IMG/VR virus record: IMGVR_UViG_3300038809_000010
Coordinates: 1 to 43,635 of that record
DNA: 43,635 bases
Direction: 5' to 3' (one strand)
Origin: a virus
Taxonomy: Duplodnaviria > Caudoviricetes
Positions 18,607 through 29,028 of the stretch are shown here, in pieces. Position 1 is the stretch's first letter. The number at the start of each line of letters is the position of its first letter. The notes under the pieces were generated by a model. That model was given only the letters and a program-made list of their open reading frames with translations, was not told where the DNA came from and ran no database searches. The position numbers were made by a program, and so were the translations under genes.

Positions 18607-20108
18607 CCGTTCCATTTAATCGCCTTCCTTCCAATCAGCGCGCGCCATTTTTCTATGCTGAGTTTGATAACTCGATGGCCAACACGGCGACTGCGGTTCA
18701 GCGCACGCTGTTGATCGGGCAAATGCTGTCTACGGCAACTGCAACGCCAGGTATCCCGCAAAAGGTATCGTCTGATTCTGCTGTCGCCGGCATCTGTGGC
18801 AGCGGTTCTATGCTGCACAATATGATGACCGCGTACCTGGCCAATGACATTTCAGCGGAGCTCTGGATTTTGCCTCTGGCTGATGGCACCACGGGAACCA
18901 CTGCAGCAACCGGAAAATTACAGGTCGTGACGGCTGCAGCCGCTACCGGCGTGCTGTCTCTCTATATTGCTGGCGTGCGTGTGCAACTGACGGTGGTCAG
19001 CACTGATGACAACCTTGCTGTGGCGGCCGCCATTGCTGCCGTGATCAACGCTCAAAGCAAATTGCCAGTCATCGCCGAGGTGGATTCCGCGGCTACCGAC
19101 ACAGTCAAGCTGACGGCGAAGAACAAAGGTGCGCACGGTAACAGCATCGATATTCGCCTGAATTATCTGGGGGCGGCCGGCGGTGAAGAAACGCCGCAGG
19201 GTATGGAGCTGAAAATTACGCCAATGGCCACGGGTGCTGGCGCACCAGAACTGACGGATGCGTTGGGTAACCTGCAGGATCGGGCCTTTGACTTTATCGT
19301 CAATCCGTACACGGACACCGCGTCACTGGATACCGTGAAAGAGTTTCTTTCCGATGCCACCGGCCGCTGGTCCTACGCTCAGCAGCTTTATGGGCATTCT
19401 TTCGGTGCTTTGGCCGGTACCTATGGTTCTCTGTCTGCCGCCGGGGAGGTTCGCAACAACCAGCATGAAACCCTGCTGGGCATCAATGGATCACCGACAC
19501 CCGCCTACCTATGGGCGGCTGCGTTAACCGGTGCGATCGCGCCTAGCCTGCGTAATGATCCGGGCCGTCCGACTCAAACGCTGACCATCAGTGGTGTTTT
19601 GGCGCCGCAGTTAGAAGATCGCTTCACACTCACGGAACGAAATAACCTGCTCTATAGCGGTATCTCAACTTTCACCGTGGCTGATGATGGTTCAGTGCAG
19701 GTTGAAAAGACGATCACCACCTACCAGAAAAACAAGTTTGGTGACGCGGACGACAGCTATCTGAATATCGAGACGTTGTTTCTGCTGATGTTCGTGACAC
19801 GTTTCCTGCGCACTCAGATCACCTCCAAGTTCAGCCGCATGAAGCTGGCCAATGATGGAACGCGATTTGCGCCGGGTTCGGCTATTGTGACACCGAATGT
19901 GATCCGCGCAGAACTGATCGCTCAGTACCGTACGCTGGAATACAACGGGTATGTGCAGGATTCCGCGACATTCGCCAAAACCTTGCTGGTGGAGCGAAAC
20001 AGCAGCAACACCAAGCGCATCGATGTGCTGTGGACAGGCACGCTGATCGACCAACTGGAAATTTTCGCACTACTCAATCAATGGCGCCGCGCGCAGACCG
20101 CAGCCTAA
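18603..20108 (+). CDS. Contractile tail sheath (Mu gpL-like)
   Basis: PFFYAEFDNS, LTAKNKG, DPGRPTQTL, ERNNLLYSGIST. Confidence 0.92.
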   Translation: MTVPFNRLPSNQRAPFFYAEFDNSMANTATAVQRTLLIGQMLSTATATPGIPQKVSSDSAVAGICGSGSMLHNMMTAYLANDISAELWILPLADGTTGTTAATGKLQVVTAAAATGVLSLYIAGVRVQLTVVSTDDNLAVAAAIAAVINAQSKLPVIAEVDSAATDTVKLTAKNKGAHGNSIDIRLNYLGAAGGEETPQGMELKITPMATGAGAPELTDALGNLQDRAFDFIVNPYTDTASLDTVKEFLSDATGRWSYAQQLYGHSFGALAGTYGSLSAAGEVRNNQHETLLGINGSPTPAYLWAAALTGAIAPSLRNDPGRPTQTLTISGVLAPQLEDRFTLTERNNLLYSGISTFTVADDGSVQVEKTITTYQKNKFGDADDSYLNIETLFLLMFVTRFLRTQITSKFSRMKLANDGTRFAPGSAIVTPNVIRAELIAQYRTLEYNGYVQDSATFAKTLLVERNSSNTKRIDVLWTGTLIDQLEIFALLNQWRRAQTAA

Positions 20109-20117
20109 GGGGGATTT

Positions 20118-20486
20118 ATGGGAGATACAACTAACCGCTTGGCCGGTACCGCTTACGTCACCATCGATGGGCTAACTGTCATGGTCGCCGGCCAGTTCAA
20201 GTACAGCCCCGGCAAAGTGGAACGGACCACGTTGACCGGGATGGATACCGTCCATGGTTACAAGGAAAAACTACGGGCACCGTTCATTTCTTACCAGGCG
20301 CGTGACAGCGGCGGCACGTCGATCGCGCAAATTAACGACTCAACCAATGTTTCTGTTGTCGTTGAGCTGGCGAACGGGAAAACCATCATTGGCGAAAATA
20401 TGTGGTCCGTGAACACGCAAGATGTTGATAGCGAAGAAGCGGTATTTGATGTGCGCTGGGAAGGCGGCTCGGTAACGGAGTATTGA
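20118..20486 (+). CDS. Tail tube protein (Mu gpM-like)
   Basis: RLAGTAYVTIDG, VHGYKE, ELANGK. Confidence 0.85.
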   Translation: MGDTTNRLAGTAYVTIDGLTVMVAGQFKYSPGKVERTTLTGMDTVHGYKEKLRAPFISYQARDSGGTSIAQINDSTNVSVVVELANGKTIIGENMWSVNTQDVDSEEAVFDVRWEGGSVTEY

Positions 20487-20487
20487 T

Positions 20488-20778
20488 ATGGCTGTACTTG
20501 ATAAAACCAAAACGATTGTGCTCTGCCAGGCGCTGACAGTGGGCGATAAGCGTTATGAGCATCTGGACCTGAAAGAGCCAGCGTTGGCTGAAGTGGAGCA
20601 GTTTTATGACATTCAGCGCGCCAAGAACAGCATGGCCGCAATGAAGCTACTGATCGCCCTGAATGCGGGCGTGACTGAAAAAGCGTTGGGTGACATGGCA
20701 TTTACCGATTACCGGAAATGTGAGGATTTTCTGATGTCTTTTTTAACCTTCGATCCCTCGACGGATGGCAACAGTTAG
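20488..20778 (+). CDS. Tail assembly chaperone
   Basis: Between tube and tape measure; slippery site near the 3' end. Confidence 0.8.
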   Translation: MAVLDKTKTIVLCQALTVGDKRYEHLDLKEPALAEVEQFYDIQRAKNSMAAMKLLIALNAGVTEKALGDMAFTDYRKCEDFLMSFLTFDPSTDGNS

Positions 20779-20900
20779 CCGCTGAGGTGACGAAGTATTA
20801 CGGATGGGGTCCACGCGATGCGTGGTCCCTGACCCGTACCCGGTTGGATTTTTGGGCTGACCAGGCCCGTCGTATCAACAAAGCGAAGGCGGGTAAGTAA
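20739..20900 (+). other. Programmed -1 frameshift site T TTT TTA and extension ORF of tail chaperone
   Basis: Heptamer 20739-20745 in correct phase; -1 frame open (GWQQLAAEVTKYYGWGPRDAWSL...GK*) to a TAA overlapping the TMP ATG. Confidence 0.8.
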
Positions 20901-22774
20901 TGGCCAACTCATTCGATTTTGAGCTGAAGGCTAATGACGAGGCGTCGGCCGCGATATTGCGCATTGAAGAGGTGGTAAAAAACCTCAATCCGCTCCTGGA
21001 TAAAACACGCGATGCCCTGGCGTTGGGGGGGCAGGATTCGAGAGACAATCTTGACGATTTGGGAAGTCGCTTTGACGTTTTGGCAAAGAATGCCCGCAGC
21101 GGTGTTCAGTTCATTGGTGATCTGGTTCCGCCCCTAAAAATGGTGGGAGGGCTAACGCTGGGACTGGGTGGCGCAGCGGCGGTTGTCAATGTCGTCAAAA
21201 ACAATCTTACCAACTTTGCCAACACCGGTTACCGCATCGATAACATCGCGAAAAACGTCAATATGACGGCTGATGCTTTCCAAGAACTAACCGGAGCCAT
21301 GATTGAGAACGGCAGCGCCCGTGAAGCAGCAGAGGGTTCGGTTGGCGATCTGTTTGAGAAGGCGAACGATGCAGCCCATGGGCGTAATGACGGTTTTTTG
21401 GCCTTACTGAAGCAGCGCGGTGTGGGGATCAGTTTGACCAAAGACGGGCTGGCTGATGTTGGAAAGCTGGTTAACGATCTCAACCGTTCCATGCAATCGT
21501 TGCCTGCTGGCCAGCAAGCGCTGTTTGCCAATAAGTTGGGGCTTTCACCAGAATTGCTCAGCTATTTGCGCAACACCACCAGTGAGGTGCAACGCCTGAA
21601 GGATCAGGCTCGCCGTGATGGCCTTATTTTTAGTGATAAGGATCTGCAGAACGCCCTGGCATTTAAACAGCAACTGAACCAGATCGGCGCAGCCTATGAC
21701 GGGATGCTGTTGAAGGGGCAGGCCTGGCTGGGGCAATCTGAGACGCTGGCGGCGTCTGTGGACCAGATAAAGCAGGTTATGTCTAACGGCCTCGACAGCA
21801 CGGCGGTCGGCTCCATCCTGACGTTTAACCGTGGAGGAAAGCAGGCCGATATCATCCGTAATGCGCAGGGCGATGATAAATTTAAAGACACGCTTTCATG
21901 GAAAGAAAAGCTGGATTTAAAACTGGGTTATGCATCGGAAGATCTGATCAAAAAGCTCGACGGGTATTACAAGCCGGTTTGGCGCGCGGATCGGTTGAAA
22001 GGAGATTTGGATAAAATTTCTGGTATGCCGGGGCCCGGAAATGGGGTTTCTACGCCGTATGGCCAGCCTGGGAAAAATGCGCTGGGTTTGCGGAATAACA
22101 ACCCCGGTAACTTGCGAGCGGCCCCCAATGCCACGGGAAGAAATGGCGGGTTTGTCACCTTTGAAACCCCCGAGGATGGGTTGGCTGCACTATCACGCCA
22201 ACTGATGTTATTCGGCGACCGTGGCAAAAATACGCTAAATAGCATGATCCCAACCTATGCGCCTTCAAGTGAAAACAATACCCAGGCATATATTGAGGCT
22301 GTGGCAAAACAGACGGGCTTTAACCCATCTGAACCGCTGGACCTGCATTCTCCCGGGATGCTGGAAAAGCTTATTCCCGCCATCATCAAGCATGAAAATG
22401 GTGCTCAGCCGTACACAGCAGACGAGATATCGAAAGGGATCAATGATTCTGTGAATGATGTGCGCTGGAGTGGTTTACGAGACCAGAACAATTTATTTAA
22501 CCAGCGTCAGTCAGGTGTTTTCGAACAGGGGGATTCTACGGTACCGCTAACGGCCCAATCACCAAAGGCATCTGAAACGCAAGTCTCACTGTTCACCCCT
22601 AAAACTGATGGTGAAGCAGCGATGGGCCAGATCACCGAGGCCATGTCGAAGGCGATGGACGAGAATAAGTTCCAGTTGGAAATTACCCTGGTGAATCCTC
22701 AGACCGGGGAACGCCGAAAAGTGCAAACGGATGGTAGAGGGCGTGTAGCGCTTTCCATGCAATCATTAAGTTAA
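20900..22774 (+). CDS. Tape measure protein with C-terminal lysozyme-like domain
   Basis: Helical Ala/Leu-rich body; GLRNNNPGNLR...YAPSSENNTQAY...IIKHENG. Confidence 0.8.
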   Translation: MANSFDFELKANDEASAAILRIEEVVKNLNPLLDKTRDALALGGQDSRDNLDDLGSRFDVLAKNARSGVQFIGDLVPPLKMVGGLTLGLGGAAAVVNVVKNNLTNFANTGYRIDNIAKNVNMTADAFQELTGAMIENGSAREAAEGSVGDLFEKANDAAHGRNDGFLALLKQRGVGISLTKDGLADVGKLVNDLNRSMQSLPAGQQALFANKLGLSPELLSYLRNTTSEVQRLKDQARRDGLIFSDKDLQNALAFKQQLNQIGAAYDGMLLKGQAWLGQSETLAASVDQIKQVMSNGLDSTAVGSILTFNRGGKQADIIRNAQGDDKFKDTLSWKEKLDLKLGYASEDLIKKLDGYYKPVWRADRLKGDLDKISGMPGPGNGVSTPYGQPGKNALGLRNNNPGNLRAAPNATGRNGGFVTFETPEDGLAALSRQLMLFGDRGKNTLNSMIPTYAPSSENNTQAYIEAVAKQTGFNPSEPLDLHSPGMLEKLIPAIIKHENGAQPYTADEISKGINDSVNDVRWSGLRDQNNLFNQRQSGVFEQGDSTVPLTAQSPKASETQVSLFTPKTDGEAAMGQITEAMSKAMDENKFQLEITLVNPQTGERRKVQTDGRGRVALSMQSLS

Positions 22775-22795
22775 ACCCGCCTCGGCGGGTTTTTT
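22773..22795 (+). terminator. Intrinsic terminator within late operon
   Basis: aaacccgc-ctcg-gcgggtttttt. Confidence 0.75.
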
Positions 22796-22807
22796 ATTTC
22801 AGGAGGG

Positions 22808-24214
22808 ATGATGGCTCTGATCACTGATGCGCTTTCTTCACTATTGGGTAGTGGCGAGAGTTGGGGCTGGTTTGAGCATATTCACCCGGCGTCGTTTCGT
22901 GGCGTACCTTTTGCTGTTGTCAGCGCAGAAGGGGTGTTTGGCCGCCGGCAGGCGGTGCATGAATATCCCTACCGCAACACCGCCTGGGTGGAAGATCTGG
23001 GCCGCGGCACTCGAAAAATGACCATTCGCGGTTTCATTGTGCATAACAGCCTGGCGTATGACGCGCCTGATGTTATCACTCAGCGAAATTCGCTGGTGGC
23101 CGCCTGTGAAATGGAGGGCGCTGGCACGCTGATCCATCCGACTTTGGGTGAGCTTACTGTCAGTGTCCCGGATGGTGGCCTGCGTGTGCTAGAAAGTGTG
23201 GATAACGGGCGATCGTTTGAATTCACACTCACCCTCATTGAGTCCGGCTTGAAGGTTTTCGCCATTACCGGCAGCGCACAGGCTGCTTCCCTGGTTCAAA
23301 CCAATTGGCTACGTACCGGCTTGATGGCCGCCACCAAATTTATCGCAACAGTGAAGGGCGAGATTAGGAGTGTCACCCAAACCATCAAGACGCTACGAAA
23401 CACGGCAGCGTTTTGGGGAAATATGGTGAAAGGCACGGCCAACGAAGTGACGAACCTCAGCAACGTCCTGAAGTCCACCTTCGGCAGCGCCCGCTATGGC
23501 AGGTATAGCAAAGGGAGTGTGGGCGGTGGGGTGTCCGGTTCTACCGGAGCGATTAACCGATCAGACGATACGGCGGATTACGCTGGGCTGGTTCATCAAA
23601 AAATGGCGGAGGCGGTGACTGGCCGTGCAACGTTGCTGACCCTCACGGCCACCTTTGAGAGTGTGGCCGCAGTCGATGACTTTCCTGTCGATGCGAGGGC
23701 GATCATTGATGAGGTGATTTCGGTAAGTGGCAGCGTTGAGGAAAAGATCCGCATGCTGGAAACCTTGACCTCATACCGAAATGCGACGTTTTACGCGACG
23801 GATGCAGAAAATGCTATTGCTCAAAGTGCCACGATCCTGCTTTGCGTTTTATCCGCTGGCGCCCTGGCTGTGGTTGCTGCTGACTATGAGCCTTCAAGCT
23901 ATGACGACGCCATTTTGATGTTAAACCGCGTCTGCGACACGCTGGATGACGTTTTGCTGATGGCCGCCGATGCTGGCGACGATGATGACTATCTCAACCT
24001 GCTGGAAACGCGAAACGCCCTCGTCAATGCATACGGTCAGAAAGGTGCAGAGCTGAGTTCGCTGACGCAAGTTGTAATGTCTGCATCATTGCCGGCGTTG
24101 ACGCTGGCTAATCGCCTTTACCAGGATGCCGCGCGCGGTGATGAGCTGGTGCAGTCAGTTCAGCCGCGCCACCCAGCCTTTATGCCGACAAAATTCAGGG
24201 CGCTGAGAAAATGA
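22808..24214 (+). CDS. DNA circularization protein (Mu gpN-like)
   Basis: PASFRGVPF, HEYPYR, EDLGR, LIHPTLG, HPAFMP. Confidence 0.9.
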   Translation: MMALITDALSSLLGSGESWGWFEHIHPASFRGVPFAVVSAEGVFGRRQAVHEYPYRNTAWVEDLGRGTRKMTIRGFIVHNSLAYDAPDVITQRNSLVAACEMEGAGTLIHPTLGELTVSVPDGGLRVLESVDNGRSFEFTLTLIESGLKVFAITGSAQAASLVQTNWLRTGLMAATKFIATVKGEIRSVTQTIKTLRNTAAFWGNMVKGTANEVTNLSNVLKSTFGSARYGRYSKGSVGGGVSGSTGAINRSDDTADYAGLVHQKMAEAVTGRATLLTLTATFESVAAVDDFPVDARAIIDEVISVSGSVEEKIRMLETLTSYRNATFYATDAENAIAQSATILLCVLSAGALAVVAADYEPSSYDDAILMLNRVCDTLDDVLLMAADAGDDDDYLNLLETRNALVNAYGQKGAELSSLTQVVMSASLPALTLANRLYQDAARGDELVQSVQPRHPAFMPTKFRALRK

Positions 24215-25281
24215 AAGATGAACTGATATTGAAGGTAGGCAACAAAATCATTCAGGGCTGGGATGAGGTGAGGGTAACGCGCGGCATTGAACGTTTACCT
24301 TCTGATTTCGATTTGTCCCTGATGGATTACTACCCAGGTACAGACGAAAAACAACTCGTTAAAAAGGGAGACGCGTGCCAGGTCATGCTGGGTAACGACC
24401 TGGTGATAACGGGATACATCGATCGCTGGTCTTCGACGCTATCGAAATCGCGGCATGAGGTCAGAGCAAGCGGGCGGAACAAATGCCAGGACTTGGTGGA
24501 CTGTTCAGCAGAATGGCCCAATAACGTCATCAGCCAGGCTAACGCACTGCAAATAGCTCAGCGCCTGGCGACGCCCTACGGCATAAAGGTTGCCTCTGAC
24601 GTGACCGATCTGGTGACGGTGCCGCAATTCACGTTGAACTGGGGCGAGTCGTCGCAAGAAATTATCGACAGGATCTGCCGGTGGGCGGCATTGCTCTATT
24701 TTGATACGCCCGATGGTGATCTGCGTTTGACCCGGGTGGGTACTCGCAAGGCTGCCAGCGGTGTAGCTCAAGGTGAGAACATTGAAACTGCGTCATTGAT
24801 GGACTCGATGGACGAGCGATTCTCCGATTATGTCGGCGTATCGATGTCGATGACGCCCGCGATGGAACTGTCACCCGACAGTGGGTATTCAGCGGTAGCA
24901 CTGGCAAAAGCACAAGACCCTGAGGCGGCAAAAATGCGGTATCGCAACCGCATAATCATTGTTGAAAGCACGATGAACTCTCATGGTCAGGCGCAAAGCT
25001 GCATCGACTGGGAAATGAACCGACGCTATGGCCGGTCAAGGCAACTGCAGGTGACGGTGGATAGCTGGCGTGACAAAGACGGCAAGCTGTGGGAACCCAA
25101 TACCCTCATCCCCATCAAGATCCCTACGTTCGGACTCCCGGATGAGCTGTGGCTCCTCTCTGAAGTGACCTTTATTCGTAATGGTTGGGAGGGGACAACG
25201 GCACGGATGGTGCTCATGCCTCCTGAGGCTTTCACGGTGCAACCTTACCAATTTTATAGCCAGGTGCAGGAGCTTAATTGA
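24211..25281 (+). CDS. Baseplate hub (Mu gpP/gp44-like)
   Basis: GWDEVRVTRGIE, DLVDCS, LWEPN. Confidence 0.88.
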   Translation: MKDELILKVGNKIIQGWDEVRVTRGIERLPSDFDLSLMDYYPGTDEKQLVKKGDACQVMLGNDLVITGYIDRWSSTLSKSRHEVRASGRNKCQDLVDCSAEWPNNVISQANALQIAQRLATPYGIKVASDVTDLVTVPQFTLNWGESSQEIIDRICRWAALLYFDTPDGDLRLTRVGTRKAASGVAQGENIETASLMDSMDERFSDYVGVSMSMTPAMELSPDSGYSAVALAKAQDPEAAKMRYRNRIIIVESTMNSHGQAQSCIDWEMNRRYGRSRQLQVTVDSWRDKDGKLWEPNTLIPIKIPTFGLPDELWLLSEVTFIRNGWEGTTARMVLMPPEAFTVQPYQFYSQVQELN

Positions 25282-25871
25282 TGAGTGGCGATATTTTGAG
25301 GCAACTCGGCCGGCGCGTGTCCATGATGCTCGGCATCGGCCGGATCACCGCACACAGCGACGCTGGCGGCATACAAAAGCTTCAGTATCAGACGCCGCTG
25401 GAAGTCCGTGGCGAAACACCACGTATGGCTGAATTTGGCTTTTCTTCAGGTCTGCCGGTGGGTACCGATGTTGTGATCGCCTATCTGGGCGGGGACCGCT
25501 CCAGCGCTGTGATAGTGGCCAGCAACAACCAGCAATACCGGCAATCTGGTTTAAAGCCCGGCGAAACGGTCATTTATAACCAGTGGGGCATGTTAATAAA
25601 ACTGACCGAGAACGGTATTGAAGTCGAAGCAAAGGGCAAACCAGTGACGGTCAGCAATGCGACCACTGTCACGATCAATGCGGCAGAGAGCGTATTGATG
25701 AACACACCGGTGCTGAAAGTGACGGGCGATGTTATCGATAACTGCGAAAGCAATACCGCCACGCTGAAACAATTGCGTGATGGGCATAATGATCATGACC
25801 ACATCGTGAAAAACGTGCAGAGCGGCGACGATGAGAAAACCAGCGAGAAACCCAGGGAGCCTGTTGAATGA
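25278..25871 (+). CDS. Baseplate spike (Mu gp45-like)
   Basis: EFGFSS, GGDRS, GETVIY, C-terminal HxH. Confidence 0.85.
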   Translation: MMSGDILRQLGRRVSMMLGIGRITAHSDAGGIQKLQYQTPLEVRGETPRMAEFGFSSGLPVGTDVVIAYLGGDRSSAVIVASNNQQYRQSGLKPGETVIYNQWGMLIKLTENGIEVEAKGKPVTVSNATTVTINAAESVLMNTPVLKVTGDVIDNCESNTATLKQLRDGHNDHDHIVKNVQSGDDEKTSEKPREPVE

Positions 25872-26305
25872 GTGATATCAGTTCTTTCTGGGACGTCGAA
25901 CGCCTGGCGGCTGATTGGCGAGAAGGGCGCGGCGATTTGGTCAGCGGCGACGACCTGCAGACCGCAATCATTATCAGCCTGTTTACCGATCGGGTGGCAC
26001 GCGATGATGACGATATTGATGGTGATGATCGGCGGGGTTGGTGGGGGGATGCCGACGAGGAAAATGATATTGGTTCCCGCCTGTGGTTGCTGCGACGGCA
26101 GAAACTGACTCAGGCAGTCGCGCAAAAGGCTGAAGATTACTCCCGGGAGGCGCTGCAATGGTTGGTGACTGATGGTGTGGTATCGTCGTTTTCTGTCGCG
26201 ACTCAGATCGTTTATCCCCGCCGTCTGAACATGATGATCCGCTATCAAAGGCCGGGGAATGGTAATGATACGGATATGCGCTTTTTTTGGGTTTGGGAGC
26301 AATAA
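25868..26305 (+). CDS. Mu gp46-like baseplate protein
   Basis: ISLFTDR, RGWWGD, GSRLWLL. Confidence 0.88.
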   Translation: MSDISSFWDVERLAADWREGRGDLVSGDDLQTAIIISLFTDRVARDDDDIDGDDRRGWWGDADEENDIGSRLWLLRRQKLTQAVAQKAEDYSREALQWLVTDGVVSSFSVATQIVYPRRLNMMIRYQRPGNGNDTDMRFFWVWEQ

Positions 26306-26308
26306 ATT

Positions 26309-27457
26309 ATGCCATTCAAGCGGCCTACATTAACCGAGCTGCGTGAGAAAAACCGCACACAGCTTCAATCAGAGCTCAGAAAAACTGGCGCGTTATTGCG
26401 TTATTCCAATATGCGCGTGCTGGCCGACGCCGATGCCGGCCTGGCTCATTTGCATTACGGCTATCTGGATTACATCGCGCTGCAGGCGACACCTTTTAAT
26501 TCCACCGATGAATGGCTGGCGGGATGGGCTGGCCTGAAAAGTGTTTACCAGAACGCCGCCAATCCGGCGTCAACACCATCCTATCAATTCAGTGGGACGG
26601 CAGGGGCCCCCGTTGGCAAAGGGGTTGTATTGCGCCGTGGAGATGGTTACCGCTACAGCCTTGTTGATGCCGTGACGATCGGCTCCGATGGTACTGGCTA
26701 TGGAAAACTTACCGCAATCCTGCCGGATATTATTGATGCACCCAATGGGGGAGGAATTGACGGCAATGCTGATGCCGGTACTTCTTTGACACTTGATATC
26801 TCATTACCTGGTGTTGATGCCAGCGGTGTAATGATTGAACCCGCGACCGGTGGCGCTGACATTGAAACGCAGGAGAGTTTGCGTGCTCGTATGCTGCTGG
26901 CGTACCAAAACCCGCCGCAGGGCGGCAGTGATACGGATTATGAGCAATGGGCGTTGGCTGTGCCTGGCGTTACGCGCTGTTGGCCCAAACGGAGGCTGAT
27001 GGGCGCAGGTACCGTTGGGGTGTACATCATGTGCGACGGCAACGATGAAACCAACCACGGCTTTCCTGTTGGGACTGACGGCATATCCCAGTTGGATGAC
27101 TGGGGAGCGCAAAAGGCAACAGGTGATCAAGGTCGGGTGGCTGACTATATATACCCGCTGGCGCCAGTGACTGCCCTGGTGTATGTCTGCTCCCCTGTGG
27201 CCAAGACGGTTAATTTTGAGATCAGCGGTATCAGCCATGTGGGCGGTGACATCACAGCAGCAGTCGCGACTGCGATCGATAATGTTTTTTTTGAAGGGGG
27301 CACGCCTGTCGGTAACGGGAAGATTTTTCTTTCTGATCTGAACCGAGCAATCGGGGATATTGACGGTACCGCTGGCTTTATCCTGGTATCGCCGGCGATG
27401 AATATTGAACTTGGCGTGGGAGAGCTTCCAGTACGCGGTGAGGTGAACTACACATGA
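26309..27457 (+). CDS. Baseplate J / Mu gp47-like
   Basis: GGADIE...LRAR, PPQGG..DY..WAL. Confidence 0.9.
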   Translation: MPFKRPTLTELREKNRTQLQSELRKTGALLRYSNMRVLADADAGLAHLHYGYLDYIALQATPFNSTDEWLAGWAGLKSVYQNAANPASTPSYQFSGTAGAPVGKGVVLRRGDGYRYSLVDAVTIGSDGTGYGKLTAILPDIIDAPNGGGIDGNADAGTSLTLDISLPGVDASGVMIEPATGGADIETQESLRARMLLAYQNPPQGGSDTDYEQWALAVPGVTRCWPKRRLMGAGTVGVYIMCDGNDETNHGFPVGTDGISQLDDWGAQKATGDQGRVADYIYPLAPVTALVYVCSPVAKTVNFEISGISHVGGDITAAVATAIDNVFFEGGTPVGNGKIFLSDLNRAIGDIDGTAGFILVSPAMNIELGVGELPVRGEVNYT

Positions 27458-28128
27458 GCCAGTTTACCGCAGAAAACTATCAGCAGGCATTGCAGGCACT
27501 CATTCCAACCGGGTTGGCGTGGCCACGGGATCAGAACAGCATTCAGGCCGCCGTTATTCGTGCGTTGTCTATCAGCTTTCAGCGCAGTGACACCGATGCA
27601 ATCGCATTGTTGGTCGGTGCATTTCCAGAAACGGCGACAATTATGCTCACCGAATGGGAAAAAACGCTTGGATTACCTGATGACTGTTCTATCGGAGAGG
27701 TTGATACCATTGCCAAGCGTCAGGCCGCTGTAGTATCGAAATTCATCAGCACAGGTGGTCAATCTCGCTCCTATTTCATAGGTATAGCCAATGCACTGGG
27801 TTATAACATCACCATAAAAGAGTATCGTGAAGCCCGCGCAGGCTTGTCCGTTTGCGGCGATGGACTGAATGGGGATGAATGGCCTTTTGTCTGGCTTGTT
27901 GAAGCGGAAGACACAACCATTACGTATGCACGATGTGGAATGTCATACTGTGGTGATCCTTTGGCCTCCTGGGGGAACAGGCAGCTTGAGTGCAGAATAA
28001 GTGCATTGGCTCCATCTCACACGTTGGTAAAATTTGGATATATCTACTTTGGATTTAACGACGAAGGCGTTTATGACGTAACGCCTGAGTTTGCAAACAT
28101 ATTCGATACCGCCTCCGGATACCTTTAA
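27454..28128 (+). CDS. YmfQ / Mu gp48-like baseplate protein
   Basis: LIPTGLAW, EWEKTLGLPD, GGQSRSYF, LAPSHT. Confidence 0.85.
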   Translation: MSQFTAENYQQALQALIPTGLAWPRDQNSIQAAVIRALSISFQRSDTDAIALLVGAFPETATIMLTEWEKTLGLPDDCSIGEVDTIAKRQAAVVSKFISTGGQSRSYFIGIANALGYNITIKEYREARAGLSVCGDGLNGDEWPFVWLVEAEDTTITYARCGMSYCGDPLASWGNRQLECRISALAPSHTLVKFGYIYFGFNDEGVYDVTPEFANIFDTASGYL

Positions 28129-28173
28129 TTCAATTCGACATTCACTTTATCGTTCAATGAGCGAGGATAAGAC

Positions 28174-29028
28174 ATGCAAAAAGTTGGAAGTGTAACTGAA
28201 ACTGCCGATCAGAACGGCGAGTTTACTAATGGTAATGTTGCACAGGGGGTTCCCCCTACAATATTAAAAGCCGAGATATTCAACACTTGGCAACGCGAAT
28301 TAGTGGGTGTGGTCGAAAACTCGGGTATTTCTCTAGATCCTGCTAATGATGGACAGTTGCTTTTAGCAATTAAGAATATCATTCAGCAGGTTGGTAATAA
28401 ACAAGCCCGGTTTGAAACGTCGGGTAATTTCATTGTGCCAGCTGGGATCAAAACCGTGTATATCACTGCGTGCGCTGGTGGTGGCGGCGGTGGCGGCGGC
28501 GGTGGGTGTATAGCCGGTGGGTATGGTGGTTCTGGCGGTGGCGGAGGCGCGGGATATTCAGTGGTTAAAAAAGCGATTACGGTAACACCAGGAGCAACAT
28601 ACGCGGTGACTATAGGCACTGCTGGGCAAGGTGGAATCGGTGGTACAAACTCAGGTACAGATGGGCAAAGTGGTACCGCAGGATCGGCAACCTCGTTTGG
28701 GACATTATTAAATCTCGCCGGTGGTTCAGGCGGTCGATTTGGTAATGGATCTATTGCTGCTGGCGCAGGTGGTCATGGGGGAATACCTGGCGGTGGTGAT
28801 GGTGCAGATAGCGCTGGAGTTGGCGGTGGAACTGGAGGGATGGGAGGCGGAGGGCCACTGGGGACCGCTGGTGGTAGCGGTCGAGCAGGCAATACTGTAG
28901 GTTTGGATGCAAGTTCAGGGTATGGTTTTGGCACTGGAGGTGGCGGTGCCGGCGGAGGGTACAATTTAGCCGCTAACGGTGGGAAAGGTAGTTCCGGCAC
29001 ACCGGGGTTGATGCTAATTGAATGGTAA
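28174..29028 (+). CDS. Short tail fibre with glycine-rich C-terminal domain
   Basis: Mu-type fibre N-terminus (GEFTNGN...QRELVGVV...QLLLAI) then Gly-rich domain. Confidence 0.75.
   Translation: MQKVGSVTETADQNGEFTNGNVAQGVPPTILKAEIFNTWQRELVGVVENSGISLDPANDGQLLLAIKNIIQQVGNKQARFETSGNFIVPAGIKTVYITACAGGGGGGGGGGCIAGGYGGSGGGGGAGYSVVKKAITVTPGATYAVTIGTAGQGGIGGTNSGTDGQSGTAGSATSFGTLLNLAGGSGGRFGNGSIAAGAGGHGGIPGGGDGADSAGVGGGTGGMGGGGPLGTAGGSGRAGNTVGLDASSGYGFGTGGGGAGGGYNLAANGGKGSSGTPGLMLIEW

Noticed and set aside
28470-28990. GGT/GGC low-complexity repeats as a separate DNA element
   Set aside because: Explained by the glycine-rich protein domain
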